The position numbers and the translations under genes were made by a program. This document shows, piece after piece, positions 24,871-35,969 of a stretch of DNA of 64,000 nt. Source of the DNA: Macrostomum lignano (lineage: Eukaryota); contig NIVC01001215.1 in NCBI GenBank assembly GCA_002269645.1, forward strand, positions 210,022 to 274,021. The letters run 5' to 3'. Position 1 is the stretch's first letter; each line of letters begins with the position of its first letter. The notes below the pieces were generated by a model that did no database searches, was not told the origin of the DNA, and worked only from the letters and a program-made list of their open reading frames with translations.

Positions 24871-27651
24871 CTGGAGTTGTACTGGTGCCAAGCTCCAATG
24901 CAGCCATTCTCACTGGAGTTGTACTGGTGCCAAGCTCCAATGCAGCCATTCTCACTGGAGTTGTACTGGTGCCAAGCTCCAATGCAGCCATTCTCACTGG
25001 AGTTGTACTGGTGCCAATCTCCAATGCAGCCATTCTGACTGGAGTTGTACTGGTGCCAAGCTCCAATGCAGCCATTCTCACTGGAGTTGTACTGGTGCCA
25101 ATCTCCAATGCAGCCATTCTCACTGGAGTTGTTCTGGTGCCAAGCTCCAATGCAGCCATTCTCACTGGAGTTGTTCTGGTGCCAGGCTCCAATGCAGCCA
25201 TTCTCACTGGAGTTGTACTGGTGCCAGGCTCCAATGCAGCCATTCTCACTGGAGTTGTACTGGTGCCAAGCTCCAATGCAGCCATTCTCACTGGAGTTGT
25301 ACTGGTGCCAGGCTCCAATGCAGCCATTCTCACTGGAGTTGTACTGGTGCCAAGCTCCAATGCAGCCATTCTGACTGGAGTTGTACTGGTGCCAAGCTCC
25401 AATGCAGCCATTCTCACTGGAGTTGTACTGGTGCCAAGCTTCAATGCAGCCATTCTGACTGGAGTTGTACTGGTGCCAAGCTCCAATGCAGCCATTCTGA
25501 CTGGAGTTGTACTGGTGCCAAGCTCCAATGCAGCCATTCTGACTGGAGTTGTACTGGTGCCAAGCTCCAATGCAGCCATTCTCACTGGAGTTGTACTGGT
25601 GCCAATCTCCAATGCAGCCATTCTCACTGGAGTTGTACTGGTGCCAATCTCCAATGCAGCCATTCTGACTGGAGTTGTACTGGTGCCAGGCTCCAATGCA
25701 GCCATTCTGACTGGAGTTGTACTGGTGCCAAGCTCCAATGCAGCCATTCTCACTGGAGTTGTACTGGTGCCAAGCTTCAATGCAGCCATTCTGACTGGAG
25801 TTGTACTGGTGCCAGGCTCCAATGCAGCCATTCTGACTGGAGTTGTACTGGTGCCAAGCTCCAATGCAGCCATTCTGACTGGAGTTGTACTGGTGCCAAG
25901 CTCCAATGCAGCCATTCTCACTGGAGTTGTACTGGTGCCAAGCTCCAATGCAGCCATTCTCACTGGAGTTGTACTGGTGCCAAGCTCCAATGCAGCCATT
26001 CTCACTGGAGTTGTACTGGTGCCAAGCTCCAATGCAGCCATTCTGACTGGAGTTGTACTGGTGCCAAGCTCCAATGCAGCCATTCTCACTGGAGTTGTAC
26101 TGGTGCCAGGCTCCAATGCAGCCATTCTCACTGGAGTTGTACTGGTGCCAATCTCCAATGCAGCCATTCTCACTGGAGTTGTACTGGTGCCAGGCTCCAA
26201 TGCAGCCATTCTCACTGGAGTTGTACTGGTGCCAGGCTCCAATGCAGCCATTCTCACTGGAGTTGTACTGGTGCCAAGCTCCAATGCAGCCATTCTGACT
26301 GGAGTTGTACTGGTGCCAAGCTCCAATGCAGCCATTCTCACTGGAGTTGTTCTGGTGCCAAGCTCCAATGCAGCCATTCTCACTGGAGTTGTACTGGTGC
26401 CAAGCTTCAATGCAGCCATTCTCACTGGAGTTGTACTGGTGCCAAGCTCCAATGCAGCCATTCTCACTGGAGTTGTACTGGTGCCAAGCTCCAATGCAGC
26501 CATTCTCACTGGAGTTGTACTGGTGCCAAGCTCCAATGCAGCCATTCTCACTGGAGTTGTACTGGTGCCAAGCTCCAATGCAGCCATTCTCACTGGAGTT
26601 GTACTGGTGCCAAGCTCCAATGCAGCCATTCTCACTGGAGTTGTACTGGTGCCAGGCTCCAATGCAGCCATTCTCACTGGAGTTGTACTGGTGCCAAGCT
26701 CCAATGCAGCCATTCTCACTGGAGTTGTACTGGTGCCAATCTCCAATGCAGCCATTCTCACTGGAGTTGTACTGGTGCCAAGCTCCAATGCAGCCATTCT
26801 CACTGGAGTTGTACTGGTGCCAAGCTCCAATGCAGCCATTCTCACTGGAGTTGTATAACTGGTGCCAAGCTCCAATGCAGCCATTCTCACTGGAGTTGTA
26901 CTGGTGCCAAGCTCCAATGCAGCCATTCTCACTGGAGTTGTACTGGTGCCAAGCTCCAATGCAGCCATTCTCACTGGAGTTGTACTGGTGCCAAGCTCCA
27001 ATGCAGCCATTCTCACTGGAGTTGTACTGGTGCCAAGCTCCAATGCAGCCATTCTCACTGGAGTTGTACTGGTGCCAGGCTCCAATGCAGCCATTCTCAC
27101 TGGAGTTGTACTGGTGCCAAGCTCCAATGCAGCCATTCTCACTGGAGTTGTACTGGTGCCAAGCTCCAATGCAGCCATTCTCACTGGAGTTGTACTGGTG
27201 CCAAGCTCCAATGCAGCCATTCTCACTGGAGTTGTACTGGTGCCAGGCTCCAATGCAGCCATTCTCACTGGAGTTGTACTGGTGCCAAGCTCCAATGCAG
27301 CCATTCTCACTGGAGTTGTACTGGTGCCAGGCTCCAATGCAGCCATTCTCACTGGAGTTGTACTGGTGCCAGGCTCCAATGCAGCCATTCTCACTGGAGT
27401 TGTACTGGTGCCAGGCTCCAATGCAGCCATTCTCACTGGAGTTGTACTGGTGCCAAGCTCCAATGCAGCCATTCTCACTGGAGTTGTACTGGTGCCAAGC
27501 TCCAATGCAGCCATTCTCACTGGAGTTGTACTGGTGCCAAGCTCCAATGCAGCCATTCTCACTGGAGTTGTACTGGTGCCAAGCTCCAATGCAGCCATTC
27601 TCACTGGAGTTGTACTGGTGCCAGGCTCCAATGCAGCCATTCTCACTGGAG
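24871..27651. repeat. 42-bp minisatellite, ~66 copies (CTGGAGTTGTACTGGTGCCAAGCTCCAATGCAGCCATTCTCA)
   Basis: Tandem units. It gives spurious 470-990-aa ORFs in several frames on both strands. Confidence 0.98.
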
Positions 27652-27830
27652 TCATCCTCACTGCATCCTCACTTAATCCTCACTGCATCCTCACTTAATC
27701 CTCACTGCATCCTCACTTAATCCTCACTGCATCCTCACTTAATCCTCACTGCATCCTCACTTAATCCTCACTGCATCCTCACTTAATCCTCACTGCATCC
27801 TCACTTAATCCTCACTGCATCCTCACAGCA
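27652..27830. repeat. 22-bp minisatellite (AATCCTCACTGCATCCTCACTT)
   Basis: Directly abuts the 42-bp array. Confidence 0.9.
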
Positions 27831-28199
27831 TTCTCACAGCATCCTCACTGCATCCTCCCTCACAGCATCCTCACAGCGCAAATTTTAGCAAGACAAAGAT
27901 GAATTTTTCAGGAAAGAATGTCCCAGCCCACAGGTGTTCGCTGGCAGGAAGCTGGTCTCCATTATTTTACTGCGATTGCATGAAAGTTTCAGCCAGCGCA
28001 GCAGACAATGGTAAATGTGTGTCTTGGGCTGCTTTCAAGTCGCACGATTTCCGCGATGGCGCCTCACAACTGACTGGCAGGCAGGAATCACGCCGTTTCC
28101 GAAGAAAGATGAAAGCGAATTGCTTCAATGCCGATCAAAATGATGGAGCTGGAAGGCTGGGAAGGTCATGAAAGCCCAGCTAGAACGCAGGATGGAATC

Positions 28200-28213
28200 G
28201 TCTCCATGGAAAC
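28200..28213. promoter_or_regulatory. RFX X-box GTCTCCATGGAAAC ~115 bp upstream of the PAN/Gly-rich gene ATG
   Basis: Exact match to GTHNYYATRRNAAC in a promoter-proximal position. Confidence 0.5.
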
Positions 28214-28328
28214 GAACAGAGAAACAATGTGCCAATAAATGCGTTTCAACCCAAACTCTCCGCATGGCATCTGGTCAAGAAAAAATAACCACAGAAACAT
28301 TCGCCAGCAACTGCCAAGGCATCCGAGA

Positions 28329-28386
28329 ATGACTCACCTGGGTGGCGTCACAGTGCTGCTAAGCTGCTTGGTGGCCGCTGCGATAG
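28329..28386 (+). CDS. Secreted PAN/apple-like plus glycine-rich domain protein, exon 1 (signal peptide)
   Basis: MTHLGGVTVLLSCLVAAAI, a hydrophobic signal-like sequence. Donor ATAG|GTAAGC, phase 1. Confidence 0.7.
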
Positions 28387-28430
28387 GTAAGCTGGGGATT
28401 ATCAGGGGGCAGAGCAGCTCAGCGGTTAAC

Positions 28431-28600
28431 GAGACTCACTCTCGCTCCAAACTATTCGATTTCAAGACTCACTCTCGCTCCAAACTATTCGATTTCGAGA
28501 CTCACTCTCGCTCCAAACTATTCGATTTCGAGACTCACTCTCGCTCCAAACTATTCGATTTCGAGACTCACTCTCGCTCCAAAAAATTATTCGATTTTCA
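28431..28600. repeat. 33-bp repeat, ~5 copies, in intron 1 of the PAN/Gly-rich gene
   Basis: GAGACTCACTCTCGCTCCAAACTATTCGATTTC units. Confidence 0.9.
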
Positions 28601-28854
28601 TGCGCGGCCGAATTCATTTGGGGCTCGGCGATTTCCGCCCCCGAGGGCACCCAACGCACGGAGTGCGCACAATCAGCGCCACTGTACACTCTGTGTGAGT
28701 GCGCGTCTGCTGGCTTCCACGCTGGTTGCAGTCGGCTGGCGCCTTGATTCGCGGGAGGGCCCAAAGTGGCCCGCGAACTGGTTGAAGCCCGGGGTTGCCG
28801 CTGCCGTGGCTCTCAAAAATGCTCTCAAATTTGTTGAAACTAAAATCATTTTAG

Positions 28855-29205
28855 CAACGAATTCGCGGTCAAGCGTCACTGGACGATTTGTGCTTGCGCC
28901 AGGACCCGTCCTGGTCGGCAACGCCTCCAGCAGCGAACTCGTCAACCTGACCGGCGTCCAGACCCGGCTGGAGTGTCTGGCAGCGTGCCAGCGGAAGGGC
29001 TGCCTGCTGGCTTCGCTCATCCCCAGCTCGCGCGTCTGCCAGCTGCTGCTGCTCAACGACGCGTCTCAGGCGCCGGGACCGGCCGGGACTCACGTGCAGA
29101 GACTCGTGGGCTCCGAGCCCGGCGCCAGGCTGTGGGCGGCCGAGAACTTCACGGAGCTGATGCTGATGAGGAAGAGGATGCTGAATGTCACCATTGAGCT
29201 CAGAA
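28855..29205 (+). CDS. PAN/Gly-rich protein, exon 2 (PAN/apple-like domain)
   Basis: Acceptor ATTTTAG|CA, phase 1 (alternative at 28903). RFVLAPG...TRLECLAACQRKGCLLASLIPSSRVCQLL has the C-x3-C-x4-C...C pattern of PAN modules. Donor AGAA|GTGAGA, phase 1. Confidence 0.7.
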
Positions 29206-29294
29206 GTGAGAAAAATGTCATGTTTGCAAAGTTCTGTGCTTCAAGCATTTGCTGCACCTTGACATCTGATCTGCAGCGCCCTCTCTCACTGCAG

Positions 29295-29606
29295 ACAGCA
29301 GCACGGGCAGGGCCGGCTCCATCCAGTCCGTGACGATCCCCTCGACCGGCTGCTACCGGATCGAAGTGTCGGGCGCCAGAGGCGGCACCAACTCCTTCGC
29401 AGGCAAGGCTGGCGGCAGCGGCGCCTTCGTGTCCGGCGCCTTCAACCTGACGGCCGGCACCCAGCTGAGCGTCGTGGTCGGACAGGCCGGCGGTCTTCCC
29501 AGCTCCCTGCACAGCGGAGGCGGCGGCAGCTTCGTGTACCGGACGGCAGACGAGCTGCTGCTGACTGCAGCCGGCGGTGGAGGTGCCGGGACCTATCATA
29601 GGGATG
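29295..29606 (+). CDS. PAN/Gly-rich protein, exon 3 (start of the ALK/LTK-like glycine-rich domain)
   Basis: Acceptor CACTGCAG|AC, phase 1. TGRAGSIQSVTIPSTGCYRIEVSGARGG...GGSGAFVSGAFNLTAGTQLSVVVGQAGG...GGGGSFVY...LLLTAAGGGGAG. Donor GATG|GTGAGT, phase 1. Confidence 0.85.
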
Positions 29607-29761
29607 GTGAGTGCAGTAAAATTACATACGAAACACAGCACCAGCTTCAGATTTCTGACAATACCCCAACATCAAACGGACTTCACCTAATAGTACACTC
29701 AGCTTGAGCTTATCTCAGATTGCTACGCAGCTGGTAAAAGCCGCATCCAAAATCTCAACAG

Positions 29762-30245
29762 GCCTGCCCGGAGAGGCCGGCGTCAACGGCTCCGTCGCGA
29801 ATCCGAGCGGAAACAGCCACGGCGGCAGCAACGGACAGCCGGGCTTCCACAACTCCAGCGCCATGACCGGCAACCACAACCTCGCTGGCTGCGGCGCCGG
29901 CTGGCTGGGGAAGCCGGTGTGCACCAGGCGGGGACCGGACGATGGTGACGGAGGCGGCAGTCGGGCCGAGGGCTGGCTGGGCGGCGACGCCGGCGGCTCC
30001 AACACCGGCGACGGCGGGTTCGGCGGCGGCGGAGGAGGCGGCACGATGAACCCCTACTGGGGCGCTGCCGGGGCCGGCGGCGGCTTCAGCGGAGGCGCCA
30101 CCAGCTTCTCGGGGGCCCTCCTGGAGGCGGCGGCGGCTCCTTCTGCTCTGGCAGCGGCTGCAGCGGCACCACTGGCGGCAACGCCGGCCAGCACGGCCTG
30201 GTGGTCATCCGGCTGGTCGAGCCGCTGAGCAACTTTTGCGAGTGA
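29762..30245 (+). CDS. PAN/Gly-rich protein, exon 4 (rest of the Gly-rich domain; 1-nt frameshift near 30105-30121)
   Basis: Acceptor CAACAG|GC, phase 1. GAGWLG...GGFGGGGGG...GAGGGFSGG, then the family-typical end PGGGGGSFCSG...GQHGLVVIRLV lies in the -1 frame (TGA 30243-30245). The unshifted frame ends at 30228. Confidence 0.75.
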
Positions 30246-31639
30246 CGATTTCATGAAAATTGAAAAATCTCTAACGGAGCAGAGTGCGTTGTGTCAAGAG
30301 TGAAATACCATCGTAGGAATTAACCGCTGCATCCAAGTGTTTACTTTTTCTAAGGTATCGGCCGAACACTAACGGTAGCTACTGAACACTACTTATACCA
30401 TCCAAGGTGGATATACCTCGGCACCTGCTTATGCTATAAACGCTCGACTTTGCAGTGTGCCAGGCTATTAAAATACGCTCGAAGCAATACTCATTGCTTT
30501 AATTTAATCTGTCACTGCTTTAACCTGCACAGATATTGGCGGGGGCTGCCGTGCGATTCACACGAGCTGTGGGCACCCTGGCGCAATGCCTTTGATCACA
30601 TCTGTGTCACATCCAGAGCTGACACAGAGTGTACAGCGGCAGCACAAGCGTGTACGAACTTGAAATCCAGAAGGTGAACAAAGGTTAAATGATAGATTCA
30701 GGTTTTCCCGCCCGCCCGCTACCAGTGCAAAAGTACAAAGACTAGGCGGACAAAGACGCTGAAGCTTACTGAGGGACAGGGCCGAGCGGCTGAATCAAGA
30801 CTGTTTCCTCTAATTCTGATTAAGACGAGGCGAGAACTCGTGTATTTATTGTAAGGCTATCTAGTATAAAACTCTAGTGAGCTGTCAGGTGAGGTCGGCT
30901 ATAACTAATATGCTGAGCTATAAATCAAATCGGTGACTTGGCGTTCTGGTCTGACCAAACACACAAACGGGAGTAAAAAAGGGGATCTGATTTAAAACTT
31001 CAAAAATACTGAAGGGAGGAGGCGGGTGCTGCGAAATTGAAAAAAGCGGAAAAGCTGTGAGCTCGGAGCGATAGAAGGGCGAAGCAAACAATAGCAGGGG
31101 ACACGCAGGCTGCTGTGGAGAGCAATACTAAAAACAAAAAAGGTAAAAAAACAATTATTAGACATTGAAGGACTAATAGAATTAAATGAGATATTCGGGC
31201 TCGCCAGACAGGGGACTAAAAATGAACAGAAAAAAACTAACTGAAACACGACACATTGCTAATTTTTTGCTTAAAAAGCGGAGTGCTAAAACCAAGTGAA
31301 TAAAATGAGACAGAGGCAGTCCGAAAATCGAGTTTATCACGCGAATTTGAGATTATTCACATAGGCTACTAACAGCAATGTCTATGCTAGCTTGCGAGGG
31401 TCATGAAAGTTCTGCAGTGCATCTCTGGCGCAAGTTGATGAGAAAAAATTGAGAATCGATTTGTCTGTCAAAACCAGTCTGATGCAGCGGTCTCCATAGC
31501 GACAGGGTGGGAAAACTGGGTAGCAAAAACTAATAAGAAAACTAATAAATAAGAAGTCGCATGCTGGCCCGGCACGAGGGCAACCCGCGGATCCGCAACT
31601 CTGAACTGCCTGAATAATCCTGATGTTGAACTTCCAATC

Positions 31640-32470
31640 CCAATCCTGAAACTGCCGACCCCAATCCTGAAACTGCCGACCCCATCCTGAATCTGCCGAT
31701 ACCAACCCTGAAACTGCCGATCCCAATCCTGAAACTGCCGACCCCATCCTGAATCTGCCGATACCAACCCTGAAACTGCCGACCCCAACCCTGAAACTGC
31801 CGACCCCAATCCTGAAACTGTCGACCCCAATCCTGAATCTGCCGATACCAATCCTGAAACTGCCGACCCCAATCCTGAAACTGCCGATACTAATCCTGAA
31901 ACTGCCGATCCCAATCTTGAAACTGCCGATACTAATCCTGAAACTACCGACCCCAATCTTGAAACTGCCGATACCAATCCTAAAACTGCAAATGCCAATT
32001 CTGAAACTGCCGATACCAATCCTAAAACTGCAAATGCCAATTCTGAAACTGCCGATACCAATCCTAAAACTGCAAATGCCAATTCTGAAACTGCCGATAC
32101 CAATCCTAAAACTGCAAATGCCAATCCTGAAACTGCCGACCCAAATCCTGAAACTGCCGATACTAATCCTGAAACTGCCGATACCAATCCTAAAACTGCA
32201 AATGCCAATTCTGAAACTGCCGATACCAATCCTAAAATTGCAAATGCCAATTCTGAAACTGCCGATACCAATCCTAAAATTGCAAATTCCAATTCTGAAA
32301 CTGCCGATACCAATCCTAAAACTGCAAATGTCAATCCTGAAACTACTGATACCAATCTTGAAACTGCCCACCCCAATCCTGAAACTGCCGATACGAATCC
32401 TGAAACTGCCGATACTAATTCTGAAACTGCCGATACTAATTCTAAAACTGCCGATACTAATTCTGAATCT
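31640..32470. repeat. 21-bp minisatellite (CCAATCCTGAAACTGCCGATA)
   Basis: Tandem units with 7-aa periodicity. Confidence 0.95.
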
Positions 32471-32564
32471 GCCTATCTGAAGCGCGGTCCCGCTCGCGCC
32501 GAGCCGGTCACTAATCAGCTACTCAGCTACTCCAACTAAAACCAGGAGCCGTCAGTCTCGCCTC

Positions 32565-32929
32565 TCAAAGCGCGATCTCGTCCTCCTCGGCGAGCCCCTG
32601 GGCGGAGAGGGTCCGTTGCACCGAGTCGCTCTCATAAACAGAGTCGTGCTTGGCCAGGATGCGCAGCAGGGGGCGCAGCTTCAGCCACCACTGCGTGTCC
32701 GGCCGCTGCATGCGCAGCTTGAAGTCCGTGTCGCTCAGCAGCTCCGTCACCGGCCTGACGCTCGTGCCGCGCTTCGTGATGCCCACGATGGCCGCGCTGG
32801 CCGTGGCCGACTCGTCCACGGTGGCCGGGCGGCCGGCCGCGCCGCCGGACAGCACCCGAGAGAACCAGTCAGCGGCCTTCACGCCGAACTTCGTGGCCAA
32901 GTTGCGGTCGTAAGGCGATGGCGTGCCGC
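32565..32929 (-). CDS. pfk: ATP-dependent 6-phosphofructokinase, exon 6 (last)
   Basis: Acceptor CCTACAG|GC, phase 1. GGTPSPYDRNLATKFG...QWWLKLRPLLRILAKH. TGA at 32567-32565. Confidence 0.93.
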
Positions 32930-32964
32930 CTGTAGGAGCAGATCGGGGGAGGTGGCTTTCGGGA

Positions 32965-33530
32965 CCCACCTCAGAAAGCAGTCAGGACCCTCTTCAGGAT
33001 TCAGTCAGACCTACATTAGGAAGCAGTCAGGACCCACTTTAGGAAACATTCAGGACCCTCTTCAGCATTCAGTCAGAAAACACTTTAGGAAACATTCAGG
33101 ACTAACTTCAGGAAGCAGTCATGAGTCAGGACCTCTTTCAGGATTCAGTCAGAACCCACTTCAGGAAACATTCAGAAGCAGTTTTAGGAAGCAGTCAGTA
33201 CCCACTTCGGGAAACAGACAGTACTCACTTCAGGAAACAGTCAGTACCCACTTCAGGAATCAGCCAGTACCCACTTCAGGAAACAGTCAGTACCCACTTC
33301 AGGAAACAGTCAGTACCCACTTCGGGAAACAGACAGTACTCACTTCAGGAAACAGTCCGTACCCTCTTCAGGAAACAGTCAGTACCCACTTCAGGAAACA
33401 GTCAGTACCCACTTCAGGAAACAGTCAGTACCCACTTTAGGAAACAGTCAGTACCCACTTCGGGAAAAATTCAGGATCCACTGCAGGAAGCAGTCAGGAT
33501 ACTTTAAGAACATTCAGGACCCACTTCAAA
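32965..33530. repeat. 23-bp minisatellite in PFK intron 5 (CTTCAGGAAACAGTCAGTACCCA)
   Basis: Tandem, degenerate at the ends. Confidence 0.9.
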
Positions 33531-33644
33531 GGGGCTCCCCGCTGACTATCCTGCAGCCGGTACTTCATCAAACAAAACTGACCCCTTTGGTCAGCAAGCG
33601 GGCGGACCAAAATTTACAGCCAAGAAACAGCGCCTGACACCCAC

Positions 33645-34206
33645 CCTGCTGCATGTGGCCCAGCACGTTGGAACGGCAGTCGAAGACGCCCTTGCCCTCC
33701 TCCTTGAAGACGCGGTACACAAAGTCAGTCGAGTAGTTCTCGTTGGCGAGCTCGTTGCGCAGGATGAGGCCCCGCTGCAGGCCGCAGTCGTCGTGCATTT
33801 TCTGCTTGAGGTGGCGCACATCGTCCAGCAGCACGGCCAGGTCGAATTTGTCCTCCTTGATGTAGGCGGCGTCCGCACCGCCGGCCAGGCCAGCCAGGGT
33901 GGCCAGGTAGCCGCAGTAGCCGCCCATGGTCTCCACCACGAACACGCGGCGCTGGGTGCCAACGGCGCTCTGCTTGATCTTGTCGATGATCTGCGTGATC
34001 TCATTGAGCGCGGTGTCAGCCCCGATGGAGAAGTCCGTGCCGGGCACGTTGTTGGAAATTGTGCAGGGCACTACCAGCATGGGCACGGCCAGGGCTGGCT
34101 GGCTTGGCCGGGCCTGGAACAGCTGCACCAGCGAGCTGAAGGCCTCGAAGCCGCCGATCAGCAGCATGCCTCTCAGGTTCTCCACCTTGGACAGGGCCTC
34201 GGCCAC
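33645..34206 (-). CDS. pfk: 6-phosphofructokinase, exon 5
   Basis: Acceptor GCCCAG|GTG, phase 0. [54 protein letters not shown]. Donor CAGG|GTGGGT, phase 1. Confidence 0.95.
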
Positions 34207-34291
34207 CTGGGCGGCATTGAATGGCGGCCAGGAAATTACAGGTAGAATCTAAATTGGAAAACTTATGGAAAGGTGGAAGGCGTGCCGACAG

Positions 34292-34525
34292 TGGGAGAGC
34301 TTAGCAGATAGTGGGAGAGCTTAGCAGATAGTGGGAGAGCTTAGCAGATAGTGGGAGAGCTTAGCAGATAGTGGGAGAGCTTAGCAGATAGTGGGAGAGC
34401 TTAGCAGATAGTGGGAGAGCTTAGCAGATAGTGGGAGAGCTTAGCAGATAGTGGGAGAGCTTAGCAGATAGTGGGAGAGCTTAGCAGATAGTGGGAGAGC
34501 TTAGCAGACAGTAGAAGAGCTTAGC
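34292..34525. repeat. 20-bp perfect minisatellite in PFK intron 4 (GTGGGAGAGCTTAGCAGATA)
   Basis: About 11 identical units. Confidence 0.97.
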
Positions 34526-34573
34526 AAATTGTGACAGCCTAGGTAGCAAATCTGCAGCTTCCTGGCAACTCAC

Positions 34574-34996
34574 GGCGGCGATGCCGACCTCCTCCGCGGT
34601 GATCCGCTTGGTGCCGAGGCAGCTGCCGCCGGAGGACGTCAGGCCGGACACGGACTCCCAGCTCAGCGGGCGGAAGCTGGCCTTGACGAGGCCGTCGAAA
34701 CCGCCGTTGACGCCCAACACGCGGAAGCCGTTGCTGATGCCGGTGCGGACGAAGGCGCGCACGCAGGCGTTGGCGCCGCAGGCGGGGGCGCCGACCATCA
34801 CGATGAGCAGCGTCGGGCAGCTGTCGCTGCAGGCGTTGGCGGGCGAGTGCAGCTTCTTCAGGGTCCGGTAGGTGGCCAGGTTGTTGATGAAGGACTTGCC
34901 GCGCAGCTCCACGGACTGGGCGTAGTTCTTGGCCTGGATGGCCTCGTTCACCGCCTTCGTGCGGGCCACGCACTCCACCAGCGGCAGCCGCACAGC
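34574..34996 (-). CDS. pfk: 6-phosphofructokinase, exon 4
   Basis: Acceptor CCGCAG|GCT, phase 0. AVRLPLVECV...ELRGKSF...VGAPACGANACVRAFVR...GGSCLGTKR. Donor GCC|GTGAGT, phase 0. Confidence 0.93.
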
Positions 34997-35039
34997 CTGC
35001 GGCGGAGGGAGGGAAGCGATGGCTTCGGTAAACGGTTGT

Positions 35040-35545
35040 AAGATGCTGGCACCCAGAGATGCTGGTCTGCAGAGATGCTGGCACCTAGAGATGCAGAGAT
35101 TCACATAGTCTGGCACTCATAGAGATGCTGGCGCCCAGAGATGCTGGTATTCACAGTCTACCACTCATAGAGATGCTGGCGCCCAGAGATGCTGGTATTC
35201 ACAGAGTCTGGCACTCATAGAGATGCTGGCGCCCAGAGATGCTGGTATTCACAGAGTCTGGCACTCAGAGATGCTGGCACTCAGAGATGCTGGTATTCAC
35301 AGAGTCTGGCACTCATAGAGATGCTGGCGCCCAGAGATGCTGGCACGAGTATTCACAGAGTCTGGCACTCACAGAGATGCTGGCGTCCAGAGATGCTGGT
35401 ATTCACAGAGTCTGGCACTCATAGAGATCCTGGCACCCAGAGATGCTGGTATTCACAGAGTCTGGCACTCATAGAGAAGCTGGCACTCAGAGTCTAACAC
35501 TCAGAGAGGCTGGCACTCAGAGTCTAACACTCACAGAGGCTGGCA
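35040..35545. repeat. ~50-bp compound minisatellite in PFK intron 3
   Basis: ATAGAGATGCTGGCGCCCAGAGATGCTGGTATTCACAGAGTCTGGCACTC units. Confidence 0.85.
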
Positions 35546-35643
35546 CTCACAGGCACAATCACTCTCAGATGCATGCCATTCAAGAAGTCACAGATTCACC
35601 CCTACAACCAGACGCGGAAGGAGCCCGGGCGCCTGTGCAGTAC

Positions 35644-35928
35644 CTGATTGGCATCGAGGCTGACAACGATGGATGGCAGCTCCGGGTTCTGGCGGGCGTC
35701 CAGCAGGGCCAGCACGGCCTCGGCAGCCATACGGCAGCCCAGCAGGCGGTCAAAGGCAGATGGGGCGCCGCCACGCTGCACGTGGCCGAGGACGGTGACC
35801 CTGGTATCGTACTTCAGCTTCTGGCTGATCGTGTCCCGGATGAGGTTGGCGCTGATGGCGTTGCCCTCAGTGTCGATGGCGCCCTCGGCCGCGATGATGA
35901 TGTTCAGCCGCTTGCCGCGTTGCCGGGC
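35644..35928 (-). CDS. pfk: 6-phosphofructokinase, exon 3
   Basis: Acceptor CCGCAG|GCC, phase 0. [12 protein letters not shown]...[28 protein letters not shown]. Donor CAG|GTACTG, phase 0. Confidence 0.95.
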
Positions 35929-35969
35929 CTGCGGTGGCGAGGGCGGAGGGTGGAGCGACTGTCAGTGTG

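Noticed and set aside
24710-27720. ORFs of 470-990 aa (Cys/His-rich, TTPVRMAALE, LTGVVLVPSSNAA)
   Set aside because: They are products of a 42-bp unit without stops in several frames, open on both strands, with no splice or codon-bias support.
30105-30121. Programmed -1 ribosomal frameshift in the Gly-rich gene
   Set aside because: TCG GGG GCC CTC does not form an in-frame X XXY YYZ slippery heptamer, so an indel is simpler.
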